The notes beneath the pieces were generated by a model that saw nothing but the letters and a program-made list of their open reading frames with translations, searched no databases and was not told where the DNA came from. A stretch of DNA of 64,000 nt from Mytilus edulis. Its lineage: Eukaryota. A program made the position numbers and the translations under genes. The stretch covers positions 82,150,001-82,214,000 of the forward strand of contig NC_092346.1 of the NCBI RefSeq assembly GCF_963676685.1, given 5' to 3'. Shown in pieces: positions 1 through 14,353 of the stretch; within the stretch, counting starts at the first letter, position 1, and every line of letters begins with the position of its first letter.

Positions 1-628
1 AGTTATCTTGCTATGGACTATTCAAATGCTTTTGAACATTTTTCCAAAAAATGATGCTTAACTTATCAGTGTTAAACAGAAAGAAAGAAAGGTTTAAATA
101 GATGGCGACTTCTACATTGGTTTTGTAAATAATACATTTATAAATATTCCTTGGTAATTTACAGTATTTTATTTTTTATTTCAAGGAAGATTTTGAGTAG
201 CTCGAAGATTCTTTATGTGATCGATTGAAGATTTGTTTTTAGATTGGTTCTTTTTAAAATCACGCGACTGTCTTCTTTTATTTTGTCTTGGAATTGTCTG
301 TTCTTATTTGACATCATTTAAGATTGGCCTGTTATCATCATTTTACAGCAGCTTGCACAGTGTTTGTCTTTTTAATATTCAGATATCACGAACATTACTC
401 TTGCTCTTAAGACAAATATTCGATACATTTACAAAAACAGACCCTTCCTAACCTTTAATTAACATAAAAGTGAAAATATTCTAGAAATAACTTTAAATTA
501 TTGTACAAGTTATAAGTGAATTTTAGTCAAATTTTGTTTTGTACAAGCACTTTTTGTACAAATTGTAATCAAAACACAATTTATAATTCGTACCATTTTT
601 TTGGTACAAATTATAATTTTTTACGAAT

Positions 629-960
629 AAAAAGTCAAATCACAAAAATACCAAACGCCGAGGAAAATTCAAAATGGAAAGTCCCAAATCAAATTGCAAA
701 TCAAAAGCTCAAACACAACAAATGAATGGGCTACAACTCTCATATTCCTGACTTGGTACATGCATTTTCTTATGTAGAAAATGTTGGATTAAAATTGTTT
801 TCATATCTAACTAAACCTCTCACTTATAAGACATTATTCCATTATAATGACAACTATGTGTGAACAAAACAAGCAGACATAATAGGTAAAAAAGACAAAA
901 ATTGGGTTACAGCAGCCAACATTGTGTTATTATCTTTATCCCTATAAAACAATTAAATAT
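629..960 (+). repeat. High-copy interspersed repeat family
   Basis: aaaagtaaaatcacaaaaatactg...ggaaagtccctaatcaaatggcaa recurs at 5730-5843 and 44417-44620, and inverted at 44070-44275 and 49260-49437. Confidence 0.8.
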
Positions 961-2847
961 GGAACAAATAAACTTATCATAGATACCAAGATTGAAATTT
1001 TGTATTTGCGCCTGACGCGCGTTTCGTCTACAGAAGACTCAAAGAAACACAAGATGGCATATAGACAAAACACATTAGTGAAAATGAAAGACAAGAATAC
1101 AAGAATTTACCATAGCACAATAACACAAATAACGGGGTAACAAAATCACAAAAAGGCATACACATAAAACACAGTAGCAAATATAAAAACAAAATAATAC
1201 AAAAATTTACCAAAGCACAATGCCGCAATGACGGGAAGTATAAGTACAGAACCAGGCAAAGTAGATATCACAAAAAAAAAAACGACTAAAAAGTAAAAGT
1301 ATTTTTCATAAAGACAAATAAATGAATACTATAACAAAGTATTAAGATTATGAACATTGTCAGTACCCAGTATCTTTACTTCAAGACCACCGTGTATTTT
1401 TTGTGAAATTGATACGGAATAGTTAACAACAAGGTTTTGGTACATGCACTTTCCGATGTAACTTTTTAGAAAAAGGACGAGACGTTATTTGAAATACCCC
1501 TGGCTCATCAATATTCGACTCAGACTCTGGGGGGAGAGAAAAAGAACGGTGCTGACTTTTGTCAAATTATCTATTTTTTAATAATTAAGAATTATAGAAT
1601 TACAGAGTTTTTTATTCCATACTTTTACACAAACTTATAATTTTTTTCGAAATTGCAATTTTCTCTGTTTGTTTGTCTTGTTGGTACCTTAATTTGTCTT
1701 TTTTTAATAAATGTCCGAAATTTGAACATAAAAAAAACTACTGTGTCGGCTACGACATGTTATTAAATCTTGCGTTAAACTATTCTACTCTGTAACTTCT
1801 TATTATGCTGTTACATTTATGTTTAATTCAGAGGTCAGTAAGCATGCTTGTAGCTATTTAAACTTATCATCGGATGTTGTACTTACTATTATTTGCTGCA
1901 TACTATACTCCTTATTGAGACCTGTCTTTAGTAAACCTCTACATACATTGTAAACCTAATAAATTAATGGATTTGCCATAATTTTATGAAACCTCAATTT
2001 CTATGATACAAATGCATTTCTAGAATGACAAAACAAAACAAGCTATAGATAATTCTTTGAAAAAATGATTGTTTGATTCTACAAAAATGAAGTAAACTGT
2101 GAAATTGTTGATCGAGTTGTTTCTTCACACCAAAATACTTATATCATTTGATACTATTTGTAGTTGGATATATTAGAATGCAATCAACAACAGTTTTTGA
2201 AATAATTTTTATAAAATTCGCCGAATAAGTTAAGAACGCGAAGTCAATAAACACTCTAAAAATCAAAATCTACAGAAATCAGAGCAGAACAGTATAAATA
2301 TTCTTAGGTCAACATTACTTTGAGAGTTACAACCTAAGTGCCGCTAAAATTACATAAATTTTGAATTTTGAATTTTAAACCTTTGCCAAACCTAAATAAA
2401 TGAATACCAGCCAGATGTTACCTTCAAGGCGGGAATTTCACTACCAAAACAATTTGTAGTAAACTAGCAATGTAATATTATAATATACCGACATTTGTTA
2501 GTGCTTATGACAACTAGTAACTTCTATCTGGTATGCTCAAGAAGAATATTTTGATAAGCCGAATACATAATCATATAAAAGTATTACAATTTCAACCTCA
2601 AATGGACAGACACAATTGTCTTTACCTTTTGTCTGTGAGATGATTTACAAACTCACAGCACTGACTTCATTTCAAAACTGATTATTTACAATGAAAATGT
2701 ATCACCAATGATTCTTTTAATAGGTTGATGTAGACGTACGAACAAATAAAATGACAAAGATAACTATGTATACCCGCTTCAGTTAGGGTGGTGATAGGTT
2801 TGTATTAGATTTAAAAATAGAAAGGAGAGATACAAATGGTTGTCGTT

Positions 2848-3126
2848 TCAACATACCATATCTAGATAGACACAGCTTGTTCTGTTCTTGTTGTTCGGAA
2901 GAATACCGGACCATTCTGGTCTCGACCAGTATATTCTAAACCCTGCTTCAAACAGCTTTCTCAAGTGTTTTAGTGCTGACAAATACTTGATTCCAGACTT
3001 AGGATCTCCATAACTAATCCGAATAGATAGCTGTTGTATTTCATTGAGCATACCACTTTTTATCACCTGCTCCACAATTCTCTCAGTAAGGTTGCCAACA
3101 TCAATAATTAGTATACCCTGGCCATT
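2848..3126 (-). CDS. METTL24-like (Methyltransf_22-type) protein, terminal exon
   Basis: Acceptor ctcttgatag, phase 0. Reads NGQGILIIDVGNLTERIVEQVIKSGMLNEIQQLSIRIS...LKHLRKLFEAGFRIYW...TSCVYLDMVC*, resembling the METTL24 C-terminal pattern (ILKxDxE, GxLxxIxQLxxE, LxxxGFR, SCY). Confidence 0.7.
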   Translation of the reverse strand, partial: NGQGILIIDVGNLTERIVEQVIKSGMLNEIQQLSIRISYGDPKSGIKYLSALKHLRKLFEAGFRIYWSRPEWSGILPNNKNRTSCVYLDMVC

Positions 3127-3887
3127 CTATCAAGAGTGAAATAAGCATGTACATTTAACAGTTAAGCATATAAACATCCGATAAATACTGAACAGACAAA
3201 GGGATATAATATTTTTTGAAACATTTTGAAAAAAAACATCATTATTTTTTAAGTATGCCAATGTCTTTCTGTTTTCTAATGACGTTTCTATGTGTAAATC
3301 CCATTATATAAACTGCTTAATAAAGGAATTAGGTAATGAACGATTCACTAGGAAACTCAACATGAACCCGAATGGCAATCACAAAGGTGGAAATCCTGAA
3401 TAAACGTATGTATATTTCTTTTTACTTTTAAACAAACAAATAAAAACTGGATCGTCTTTCAATGTATTGAATACATAAATTACATAAGCGTCCTTACAAA
3501 CAAAGTTAAATTGTGGGCTTTTCCGAGTGCTCTAAGAAACGTCTTTCAAAATGATCAACATCCATCAGCGCTTAAGGTGGATCAGGACTATTCGACTGCG
3601 CACAATTTCACGCATGAATTACCATGCATAAGAAAAGTTTGTGTCGTAAATCTTCTTTTATTTTTTTAAATATTTTGATTGATTAAAAATGTTAAATTAT
3701 TGTACTTTTGCCACTAACAAATTATTATCGTTGATATGTGTATCTGTGGAAGACTCAAAATGACATTTCACCCAATTTCACCATTGTCCCGCCAAAATTT
3801 TGGGTTTAAGGCCAAACATTTTTTTTAGGTTTCGGCGACCTATGTTTTTTATTTGCTTATTCTTTGAAGCAATATTTCAGATTTTTG

Positions 3888-4615
3888 AAAGTTTGGTAAC
3901 TATGTTCAACGCATCTTTTCCATCCAAAATCAAATAAATGCTATCAAAGATACATATTAGTCTGTATCATATCTTGATTTACATCTAGAAATTGACATTG
4001 AGGGTCGGTTGAGAACTACTAATCAAGAAAAAAGATGATTCCTACTTCCGATTGTGAATTTTCCTTTTCTATGTTTCAAAATTCCAACAACACCTGAATA
4101 TAGAGTATATATCTACAGTTGAAACGAAATTCAATCGCTTGCATTTCCTATTACGATTCAAGAAAGCTTTTAAACCAAGAGTTCCAAGTGGGGAAGATAA
4201 AGATATCAATTCGAAAATGTTCGAACAGCGGTATACTACTGTTGCCTTTATTTACGCACGCCATTCCGAATGGGTTGGTATGAAAGATCTGTTTCACAGA
4301 TGAAGAATGATATGTTTCAATTGTCATTACTACAATCCTGACCTCTTTTCTACGAATGTAACCTATAGAACAAGACTTATCATTGGGTTTGTACTTGCAG
4401 CATGAACAGCACGATGGTGACACACGAAGAGCACATGTCATTGCCCTTACGGAGCATCTGAGATCACCACCAGTTTTTGGTGTTGTTCCTATGCTTAGTC
4501 TTTAGTTTTTTATTTTGTGTTTTGTAAACTGTTATTTGTCTTTTGGTAGTTTTTCTATTTTTAGCAATGACCTTGTCAGTTTGAGTGTCGTTTTTGTATC
4601 TTTCGCCTCTTTTAT
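3888..4615 (+). mobile_element. Degenerate Penelope-like retroelement 3' fragment
   Basis: Diverged copy of 51214-51949 (SYLDLHLEIDIEGRL...), with stops and frameshifts. Confidence 0.7.
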
Positions 4616-7600
4616 TGCATTTGGTTGTTAAAAAAAGGAGGGATTCGTTTAACTTTTGTTGTGTTGTATTCGTTCTATTTTTACAATGAGCATATGCGTT
4701 GTTTCTATCGACAACAGTCTTCTCTATTCATTTACTAGTACAATGTTTGCATTTCATATTCCAGATACCTTAGTTAACCTCGTTTTAGTTTTAGTTTGGG
4801 TCATGTTACATAATCTTTCGTTTCTTTCTTGTACTGTGGAATTCTACTATGTTCGTTTTTATTTAATTGATGTTTATGGCGTAGCAGTTAAGGTTGCAAA
4901 TTTTGATGTTTTTTGTCGTTGACACGTTCTAATTAATTTAAGCATATAACAAAACAATACAGTTCAACTTTGAAAGCTGTTCTATGGTCAGGAGAAGTGA
5001 TGAACACAAAATCTCCTGTCTTATATCACCATAGTGAAGAAAAAAACATTTCTTTTCGATCGCTTTTTCTACATATTAACACTACGTATTATCGTGTACA
5101 CATACCAATACCCAAAAATTTCAAAAAATTTCGGGGATAACAAAATCCTTATATACAGTCATATAAAACGAGATTCTTGAATTTAAATGTTAAGGAAATA
5201 ATTTAACCAATACATGTATATGTTCCGGACCATATAAATATTTGGACCATACGCGAATGGTGATCCGATGGTCCGACGATGCGCGTATTATTTTGTTTTT
5301 GTAGCCTAATAAGGATAGTATTCTCCATTATGATTTCACACAGAACATAAATCAGTGGTTTATGTATAACTCAAAGTTTATTATTTACCCTCAAATCAGG
5401 TTGTTTCTCTGTCTTTCATTAAAAGCTCCAGGGGATGAAATTGCCGATATAAGAGAAATCTAAAAAGTGTTTGCTAAGTACTTTCCTGTATTTAGTTCTT
5501 GTTATTTGGTTTGTGAAGATGACAAAAATGCTATACCAATTTGCTTTTCACTGCATAGCTCCATTCATCAAGCTTTGTGGGTTGACCTACTATTCTATTG
5601 TTACTCTTTTCTGATGCATATATTTCATTTGTTCCAATTTTTACGCTTAAATGAAGGAATAAACAAAAGATAATTATAAATAAAAGTCTAAAGATGTGTT
5701 CAACGGTACTAACATATGATCGTAATATACAAAGTAAAATCACAAAAATACTGAATTCAGAGTAAAATCAAATCGGAAAGTCCCTAATCACATGGCAAAA
5801 TCAAATGACAAAACACATCAAAAACGAATGGACAACAACTGTCTAAGAGAATTTTAGAAAATTGTGCTGTCAATCAAATAGCCTTCGTCATAGAGTTATT
5901 TTGATATCTTCGAATTTTTATCCACAGTAACTTACAAAAATACAAGTATATAATTTATTCGTATATATATTTAATTATTATAATAGTGTAACCCTCGCAT
6001 TAATAAATAATTTATTTTTGCATGTGGTGTAGTAAAATGTTGATGCACTCGTTCTATTGCTAGAACCCTTACCTTTTTAATCGATACATTCGGTAGATTT
6101 TCCAACTGGGGCTTTTAACATATTTAGATTTTTTTCTCGTATTAAGCAAGATCTATCTTCATAGTATAGTATGTAGTTTGTAATACTTCCTGTATATCAC
6201 ATTGAGTTCAAAGTGTTTGTATTTATTTATTGTTGTTTAAATAACGATCAGTGACAAGTATTTTATAAATAAACAAGACAAAACAAATTAGAATACAATA
6301 GACAGTTTCTGCAAAGCAACCAAGATAGAAGGCAGCAGAATTTAGACAACAACTGGAAAAATATACAAGACATGTTGTTTAGATACAGAATGTTGTCAAA
6401 CCTAATGAATTTGTTTTAAACTACTCAATTTTCCATCTAATGTGAATCCATAATTTGTATGGTTTATACATTTTATAGCTGATACTCTTCTTACTACAAA
6501 GATCGTCCCGAGAAAACGCAATAACTGTCAAATAAACCGTTTAGTAACCTACACTCATTTCAGATATCTTAGTTCACCTTTGACAGAGTTATTTCGGTAT
6601 CTTCGACTTATTATCCATAAGAACTTACAAAATACAATTATATAATTATGTATCAACACTTTTGATATGTGTTCTACTTATTACCTACGTCGAAGCGACT
6701 TATAGTACGTACTTCTTGGAACGTATTACTCAAATTGACGTACCAAATATAAAACGGAATGACTTTTCTTTTAAGTTTATGTTTTTTATAATAATATACA
6801 AAGCAGGTTTAATAATTGTAACACTTTTATGAAGACTTGTGATCAAATAACAGCCATGTATCAATGTACCTTGGTGTATGGCTGTGAACGTTGATCTTAT
6901 AAGTCATGTTGATACTCTGGATATTTTCATAATCATTTACTGTGCTACAAAAAATAATCAGTGTGTTATATCTTCGCATTGTTTTCAAATATCATATAAT
7001 GCATGTTATATTTCACACAAATAAAAATTACTAACAACTAGCAGTAGCATGCACTTCTCCCTTTTAAGAGATCAGAACATTTTCATAATAATTGAAATGA
7101 TTTTGTAATGCTCATACGTTGGATACTAAAAGTAGTACATTGCAAAAGAGTAAAAATCTTAAAGGATATTATTTATTCTCATAAGATATTGCGAACTCAA
7201 ATAGTAATTGATAAATCTTATAAAATAAAGCTATAATCCCATGACATAATCAAACACAAACAGGAGTGTAAGTGTTCCTGCTACCGTAGCTATATATTAG
7301 ATGACATTGGGAAATATAATTGGGAATGTGTCAATGCGACAACAATCCGACCATAGAGCAGACAACATCCGAGTGCCACCAATGGGTCTTCAGTGTAGCG
7401 AGAAACTTCCGCACCCGGAAGCGTCCTTCAGCTGGCCCCTTAAAAAATATGTATTTTTTACAGCTATATACTAGTATTATACTATATCTTGTGTGTAATA
7501 TGTTTACAATCGTTAACACATTCATTAATTGACTGACAGTTAGAAAAAGAATTTACATTATATACTACTTTGCACAAATTAATAATGAAGTAACCCCGCC

Positions 7601-9033
7601 ACATCTGATACTACATATACGGTGTACTCGTACTAATGCGAGTCTCACACTTTAGCAGGCATGAGCTATGGGATATATAACTTTCCCCTATTTTCAGTGT
7701 CAATAAATGATTTGCTAGATTTTATCGTCACTATATATCAACGCCCTATTTATTAGACCCCAAGTGGCCATTTACCCTGTGACATGATATAATAATCCAA
7801 TAATTACAGCTGAAAAAATCAGTTCACACTATTTGCTACATAATTGAGTATAGTGTTATAGTAAAGCATAGACCGATTTAAATGATCTTGTAAGCCTATT
7901 GTTTATATGTTCTCATATGACGTGTTATTTTTGAGTCTTTCTAAACTTCTTTTTCATAAAATATCTGATGGTTTTTCCAGAATATAAGAATGTTGTATGA
8001 TGTAAAAAAAAATCATCATTGTACCATAAAATTATAATAGCTCATTTGGGAAGTACGTTCAATTGACTTATGTTCAGTACAGCTGTTATTAATGTCATTC
8101 ATGCGACCCGTTAATCAATGGGATTTTGTCCTTGCATAGAACTCTTTTTTATATTTATAATTTATTTTTATTGGTTTGTCAAAAAAATGAAAAGCCTGAA
8201 TAATAATAGAATTTACGCTGTATTAAATATAAAAAAATTACCCTCAGTTGTAAAGGCGAAGTTCACTCATCTTTAGGAGACAACTATCATATATTCATTT
8301 AAGAACTTGAGAGTACTTTGAATGAAAAATTATGTAGTTTTCTTTGTATATCTTGTATCATTTAGGTATGTTATGAAGATTTGTTGTTCGGATTTAGCAT
8401 TCCTTTTGGTCATGAAAACGGAAGTATTGACATAAAATGAATCCGGAAAATATTTTTTCTTTTCCAAACAAATCCCGATGTCATAGATGTCCAGAAAAAC
8501 TATTAAACAGAAAATGCCCCCCCCCTCACCCCCCCCCCCCAAAAAAAAAAACCAAACAACAAAACAAAACGAACAGCCTTTATATTGGATGTGACCAGTA
8601 TTTTATGATCCATAAATTTGTTCAAAACATATGATCAAATCTCTTTCGGAAAAAGAAGAAATCCCAATTTTAGAGATAAGGGCATAACTCTTGATATACC
8701 GAAGCCATCGATATAGAACTTTACCTGTATTTATGGTTCGTCACGTTGTGATGCAATTTCAAAAGATATGGTTAAGTAGTACTCTAACTATCATCCAGAA
8801 ACCCTACTTGTGCCGGGTGGACTGAGAGACATGTGTATCACAATATATCTCTCCTCTCTTTTTGAGACAGGAGTTTAACAAGTGAAGATGAAAGAAAAAA
8901 AAGCTAAACTAAACATTTTCTGAAAATACTTAAATGTGTAAAAGGTCCATCCAATTTTACTGAAGTAAAATTTGTAAGACGTCACTGAAAATTATAGATG
9001 TATTGCCACGTAGGCCATTTGACATTTTCGGTG

Positions 9034-9152
9034 TATTGTCCTTTTTACGACAAAAACATTTATACGGTTCTAGCTAATCCTTGATAACTAATTTATTGTC
9101 CTTTTTACGACAAAAACATTTATACGGTTCTAGCTAATCCTTGAGAACTAAT
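9034..9152. repeat. 60-bp direct tandem duplication
   Basis: tattgtcctttttacgacaaaaacatttatacggttctagctaatccttga twice, period 60. Confidence 0.9.
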
Positions 9153-9285
9153 GAAAAACCTTTATCAGACTGTTTTTTTTTTATGTATTTTTCCATTGGC
9201 AAAAGAGGGCAACATATTTCATAAACATTACCTTATGAATGATAAATGATATTAAGTTAATAAAACATGGCTTTCCTTTTTATAC

Positions 9286-9411
9286 CTCATCACATGGATA
9301 ACTGTTTTAAAATTTGGTTTAAAGCATCCATCTGTACAAATGTTCCACCCGTTCTTCACTGATCCATGTCGACTTCGTTTTCCACAAAAAAATTGTATTG
9401 TTGTAGTTATT
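9286..9411 (-). CDS. METTL24-like internal exon (126 bp, phase 2-2)
   Basis: cattatag|A ... AG|gtataa. Reads ITTTIQFFCGKRSRHGSVKNGWNICTDGCFKPNFKTVIHVM, matching the family motif C-x(4)-R-x-G...GW-x-IC-x-D. Confidence 0.7.
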
Positions 9412-10620
9412 CTATAATGAATAGTTAAAAGCGTTTATAACAATAAACTGGAAAAGTGAGAGGAAACGATCAAACATATTATATAACTGTTGTTTGTTTG
9501 TCTTTTTGTTTCAGCTATGGCATTGTCAGGTTATTTTTTTGCTTATGAAATTGAATGTTCCTTTGGTATCTTTCGCTTTCCTCATATAAAAGTATTTGGT
9601 TCACAAAATAAAATTAATGTCACGGATAGATGTTCAATTGTATTTTTCGACTGATAATTTCAATTGATTTTGATATGACACGAAACATATTAGGTCGTGT
9701 AGTTATTATGACGCAATTAAAAATATCACTAATCTATATATAAATTGATTAATGAAATAATACAAAAAAATAAACTTTGCATTTATAGGCATTAGCTGTA
9801 ATTACCTTTGATATAAACAATCAATAACATTTTGGGGTAATGATGTCAAAATATGGTCAGGTGGAATGAAGAAAGTACCATCGAAAGTCCGGTATTGTTC
9901 AATCTGAAATGATTAAATATATTCTACGGTTTGAGCAAGTCACACAAGTATAAAAAACAACAATCAAAGTACGATTTACTAATAATCAAAATTTGCTAAG
10001 TTTTTTTCTTTCATACAATGGTTTGATACACCAGCATCATTGTTATTTGTATCCCCAAAAATATACATTTTTATGTCGTACTAATATGGAAAATAATGAT
10101 AACATTTCATTGATAAACCAATATCGTGATATTAAGTATCACAATTGACCCACAATCAAAGCAAAATGTATATCAATTAAATGTACAGTTATTTGCAAAG
10201 TGAAAATATGTCCCGGTCAAATTGATATGTCATCTTGCTGTTACAACGAGTGAATCGTTTTACTAATATGTATCGTTCCAAAAGTTAATACTTCAAAAAC
10301 CATTGATACAGCGAGTTTACTTTTTTGTGAGAATTATGTATGTTTACAAGAGAGAGGTGAAAGATAACAAAGGGACATTCAAACTCATAAGTGGAAAAAT
10401 ACTGACTACGCCATGGCAAAATAAAAAGATCAACAGACAAACAACAGTATACAAAACACAAAATAGAAAATCCAAAAGGGGATTATCTCACGCCCTCTGG
10501 CAGTGAGAGCAGTTCCTGCTACACATGTAGCACCCGACGTGTTGCTCAAGTATGTACACATCCGATTATAAGTCTAATTAGGTAGTCATAACAAGATTTA
10601 GAGCAGTGGTTTAAAGGGAG

Positions 10621-11228
10621 AAAGGAGTAGGTTCAGTAAGACCCCTTTTGGCCCCAAAATATAGCAGTTTTAGAAATTTGTGAAAAGGTAATCGTTAAGC
10701 AAATTTTTGGAAAGTAAAATGCTTCTGCTACATAAATATGAGCTGGTTTCTACAATACAATGCACAAATTTTGCGTTCTAGCATCATTAAGCCATGCTAA
10801 ATTACCTAAATCTTCACAATTTTAGCATTTTGGTTAATTTTTAGACAGTTTTCGTCTAAAATGAAAGTGGCCGCATTCTTGTTCATTCATAATATTGAAA
10901 TATAAGTTGTATTTCATGATAATACAAAACATAAATAAAGGTTGAGGATGAACACGGATGCGGCCACTTTCATTTTTGGCAAAAACCATCTGAAAAGTGA
11001 CGATTTTTGGCATATTTGATAGATTTTTCGTATTTCAGCTTGAATCGTTTTGCGTGTTTTGAACGTTTTTAATGACTAAATCAGTTAAAATCTTTCACAT
11101 AAACTAATCGAATCAATTGAAATAGACACTTAAGTATTTAAAGAGGCTTTAAAAAGTGTCCAAAAAACTTTCATTAGATGAACCTGGAATTTGAGGCCAA
11201 AATCGGCCCTTACTGGACCTACTCCTTT
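10621..11228. mobile_element. Non-autonomous TIR element (MITE), copy 1
   Basis: TIRs aaaggagtaggttcagtaag ... cttactggacctactccttt; second copy at 37443-38026. Confidence 0.85.
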
Positions 11229-11512
11229 GTAGTTAAACTTTTACTTGTTTCAGAATTTAAAACAATTTGAAATTTGTTTGATCTCTTGTGCAATTTGGGA
11301 AGTTAATAAAAAGCAGGAATCTTGTGGTGTTCAGATGTAACTTTCAGTCTGATTGTTTTAATCGTACACACTTTTTTTTCTCAATTTGTTCACTAAGATT
11401 AGAGTGCATCACCATAATTCTAACGCCGAAACAAAAACACCAGTGTTGGCTGTTTGTCGGTTAACACAAAACGCTTCTCGAAAGTAAACAATTTGTCATT
11501 TAGTCTGCAAAT

Positions 11513-11803
11513 GTTTGCACCTGTCCTAAGTCAGGAATCTGATGTACAGTAGTTGTCGTTTGTTTATGTAATATATACGTGTTTCTCGTTTCTCGTTTTG
11601 TTTATATAGATTAGACCGTTGGTTTTCCCGTTTGAATGGTTTTACACTAGTAATTTTGGGGCCCTTTATAGCTTGTTGTTCGGTGTGAGCTAAGGCTCCG
11701 TGTTGAAGGCCGTACTTTAACCTATAATGGTTTACTTTTTAAATTGTTATTTGTATGGAGAGTTGTCTCATTGGCACTCACACCACATCTTCCTATATCT
11801 ATT
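11513..11803 (+). repeat. High-copy interspersed repeat family
   Basis: cctgtcctaagtcaggaatctgat...ggagagttgtctcattggcact recurs at about 63255-63540; diverged copies at 57420-57797, 45375-45535 and 43157-43317 (-). Confidence 0.85.
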
Positions 11804-12745
11804 TGTATCATTTAGAACAATTTCGTTTCAAACTAAAAGTAGATTGTAGATACCATGGGGCAATAAAAAAATAACAAATCCAATTAAATACAACTACAGT
11901 AGGCCATTGAAAAAGGAAAAACGACGATAATACATTCAAAACAGTACACTGAAAACTAAATTTAAGCAACACAAACCAACCAACAACCATGGTGGACTTA
12001 TGTGCGGTAATAAATCATATTGATTGTTTTTAAAGATACAGGTCATGGTTTATCCTGTAAGTGAAAAAGGCAACATAGATCATACCTGAAATTCCAGTTC
12101 TCATAGTCAATAACACCCACTGGAATAACTCGCATGTGGAATTATTCCAAACACCAAAAGGTTTTTCTACCACGAAGAAGGCAAAAAATTGTAACATTTG
12201 AAAAATTTACATGATATAAAATGTAACTTTTTGAGCCCTAATTAACATTCTAGTGTTTTCAAATGTTACATATACATAGTGTGGTAGGCTTTTATAGACA
12301 CGTGCTTGATCGTTGGAATATCTGATACAGTGTTTCGGCACTGTCATGATTTAAATCATACATTTCGACTATAAATTTTCAAATCATTCATTATGCAACT
12401 AAATTAAAAGTAAGATTACATTTGCAATGGGCTGTTGATAACAGACAATTTCGACTAGTTTTGCTACATACCTAATCTATTCTATATTCGGCTTACAAAG
12501 CTGTTGGTTACAAGGGTATATTGGACACGGTATTCAAAACATAACCTATATCGTATTTTGAATCATATCGTCAGTATCTTTGCTGGTTAATTATCAGTCA
12601 ACACAATTGACAAAATATTGTAACTTGTGTTTCGGTAAGGGCATATTTGTATTTTCATTTCAAGTTAGATAGTTTTATCTAGTCTAAGTTTGCTAATCCC
12701 TCTGATAAAGTCTGTTTTATTTTGCTTTTATTGTTAAACCCTTAC

Positions 12746-12911
12746 CTCTTGATTTGTATACTTATTAACCTATCGGAATTTTGAGAGAGAGGAAACAACG
12801 ATACTTATCAAGAAAATTTCCATTATCAGAAGAGGAATATCTCACTGTTCTTATGCAGTTGAAATCATCTTTTGGCTTAAAGTCAACCAAGGCTGAGTCT
12901 GTTAAGTATTT
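12746..12911 (-). pseudogene. Probable METTL24-like exon carrying a frameshift
   Basis: Acceptor gtatttttcag and donor GAG|gtaagg. The phase-0 frame KYLTDSALVDFKPKDDFNCIRTVRY... stops before the donor. Removing one CT from the (CT)n run near 12784-12792 opens the frame and gives a phase-2 end matching the 9411 exon. Confidence 0.5.
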
Positions 12912-13138
12912 CTGAAAAATACAATTATCTTTGTCATACGAAGTTGTAATATCCGTTCCAGTAATTATAATTGAACAGCGAGTTGAAATATCGGTAACAG
13001 TAAGTAAAACTGTTTCATATGGAGACTTCAATGTCAGTTGTGTGACAGTTTGATAAGTTTAGAATACCTGGGTTGCATGGATGGTGTAGGAATGTTTGGG
13101 AGAATTAGTAAAGGTTGAATTGACAAAAAGGTATTTAC

Positions 13139-13559
13139 CTATAAAAAGTTTAGATGTCGTGTTTTTATCAAAAACACCAATTGAAAATTGTTGCTCGTCT
13201 AACGTGCAGTGTCATCCAAATGATTGGAATAAGACTTTTGGAAAAATGATAATAATTCCAAAGGATTCTAGTTTCTAGTAACCGGATATGTCATTGATAA
13301 TCGTTTTGTAATAGTTATTGTGCTCATCGCGTGATTGTTGATTGTTTTGTATCTGTAGTTCTTTTCTCATCGTATCATTGTTAATCATCCGTGTTATTGT
13401 TTTTTGTGTATAGTTCTTGTATTCGATATTTCATTGCTGATCGTTTTGTAGTACTCTGATAAAATTGACTATATCTAAAGAAGCATATCTTACAGTTTTT
13501 ATACAGTAAACATCTTCTTTTGAACTCACAACTCTTAGGGCTGAGTCTTTATTTTTTTC
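13139..13559 (-). pseudogene. Paralogous tandem copy of the 12911 exon, with in-frame stops
   Basis: Same acceptor gtatttttcag. EKNKDSALRVVSSKEDVYCIKTVRYASLDIVNF aligns to KYLTDSALVDFKPKDDFNCIRTVRYSSSDNGNF. Stop at 13431. Candidate donor ag|gtaaat near 13139. Confidence 0.45.
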
Positions 13560-14313
13560 CTGAAAAATACATTTACACTTATTGAAATATCCGTACCAGC
13601 AATTATTAGTGTACACATAGTTGATATTAATTATAAAATCATGATTTATATACGACACCATTATTAACCAAAGAAAACAGTAAATATATGTATCAATACA
13701 TATCTCAAATACCAGACATCATTCAAAAAAGACTAATCAGTGACACTCGAATTAAAAAAAAACAGTAAAAAGGCCAAATAAAGTTCGAAGTTGAAGAACA
13801 TTGAGAACCTAAAATTCCTAAATGTTTTGCCAAATACAGCAAAGGTAATCTATCCTAAAATAGAAATCTTTAGCATATCAATCAATGAATCCTATCAATC
13901 TATTCTGATTTTACTAAAGAAAACGTGAATGTAATACAAATTAAAAACCGAACCACGCTTGTATTATTCTACAATTCCAAAGTTTAAGTAACTTCAATAT
14001 TTATAACGGAACTGCGTATTTATGTATCCCAAATGAAAACTGAAACTAACACACCAAAGTGCGGTGACTAGACCACTCGACCACATTGGCTTCACAAAAA
14101 TAAAGCTTTCGTTGGCCGGGTGTTACCTTTCCTCGTCAAATTGAATCTAGCGTCGTAAAAAACAAATTATTTGAGAAAGCAAATTTACAGATCTAACATT
14201 GTTTGGCTGATGTTTAGACGAGTTGTATAAACAGAATGTACACAGCCATGTATCGCCATCACTGCTGGTGATCCGATGGATAAATCTGTTGTAGAGTTGT
14301 CACTGGTTCAGAC

Positions 14314-14353
14314 CATGGAAGTATTATATTGACGTCAATATAATACTTCCATG
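14314..14353. mobile_element. 40-bp perfect palindrome with 7-bp TSD (TTCAGAC)
   Basis: catggaagtattatattgac|gtcaatataatacttccatg. TTCAGAC at 14307-14313 and 14354-14360. Absent from the paralogous repeat copy near 21611-21640. Confidence 0.85.

Noticed and set aside
5389-6152. Candidate missing METTL24-like exons (5389-5459 and 6073-6152, minus strand)
   Set aside because: Splice-like ends are present, but there are stops or phase mismatches and no recognisable family motif.
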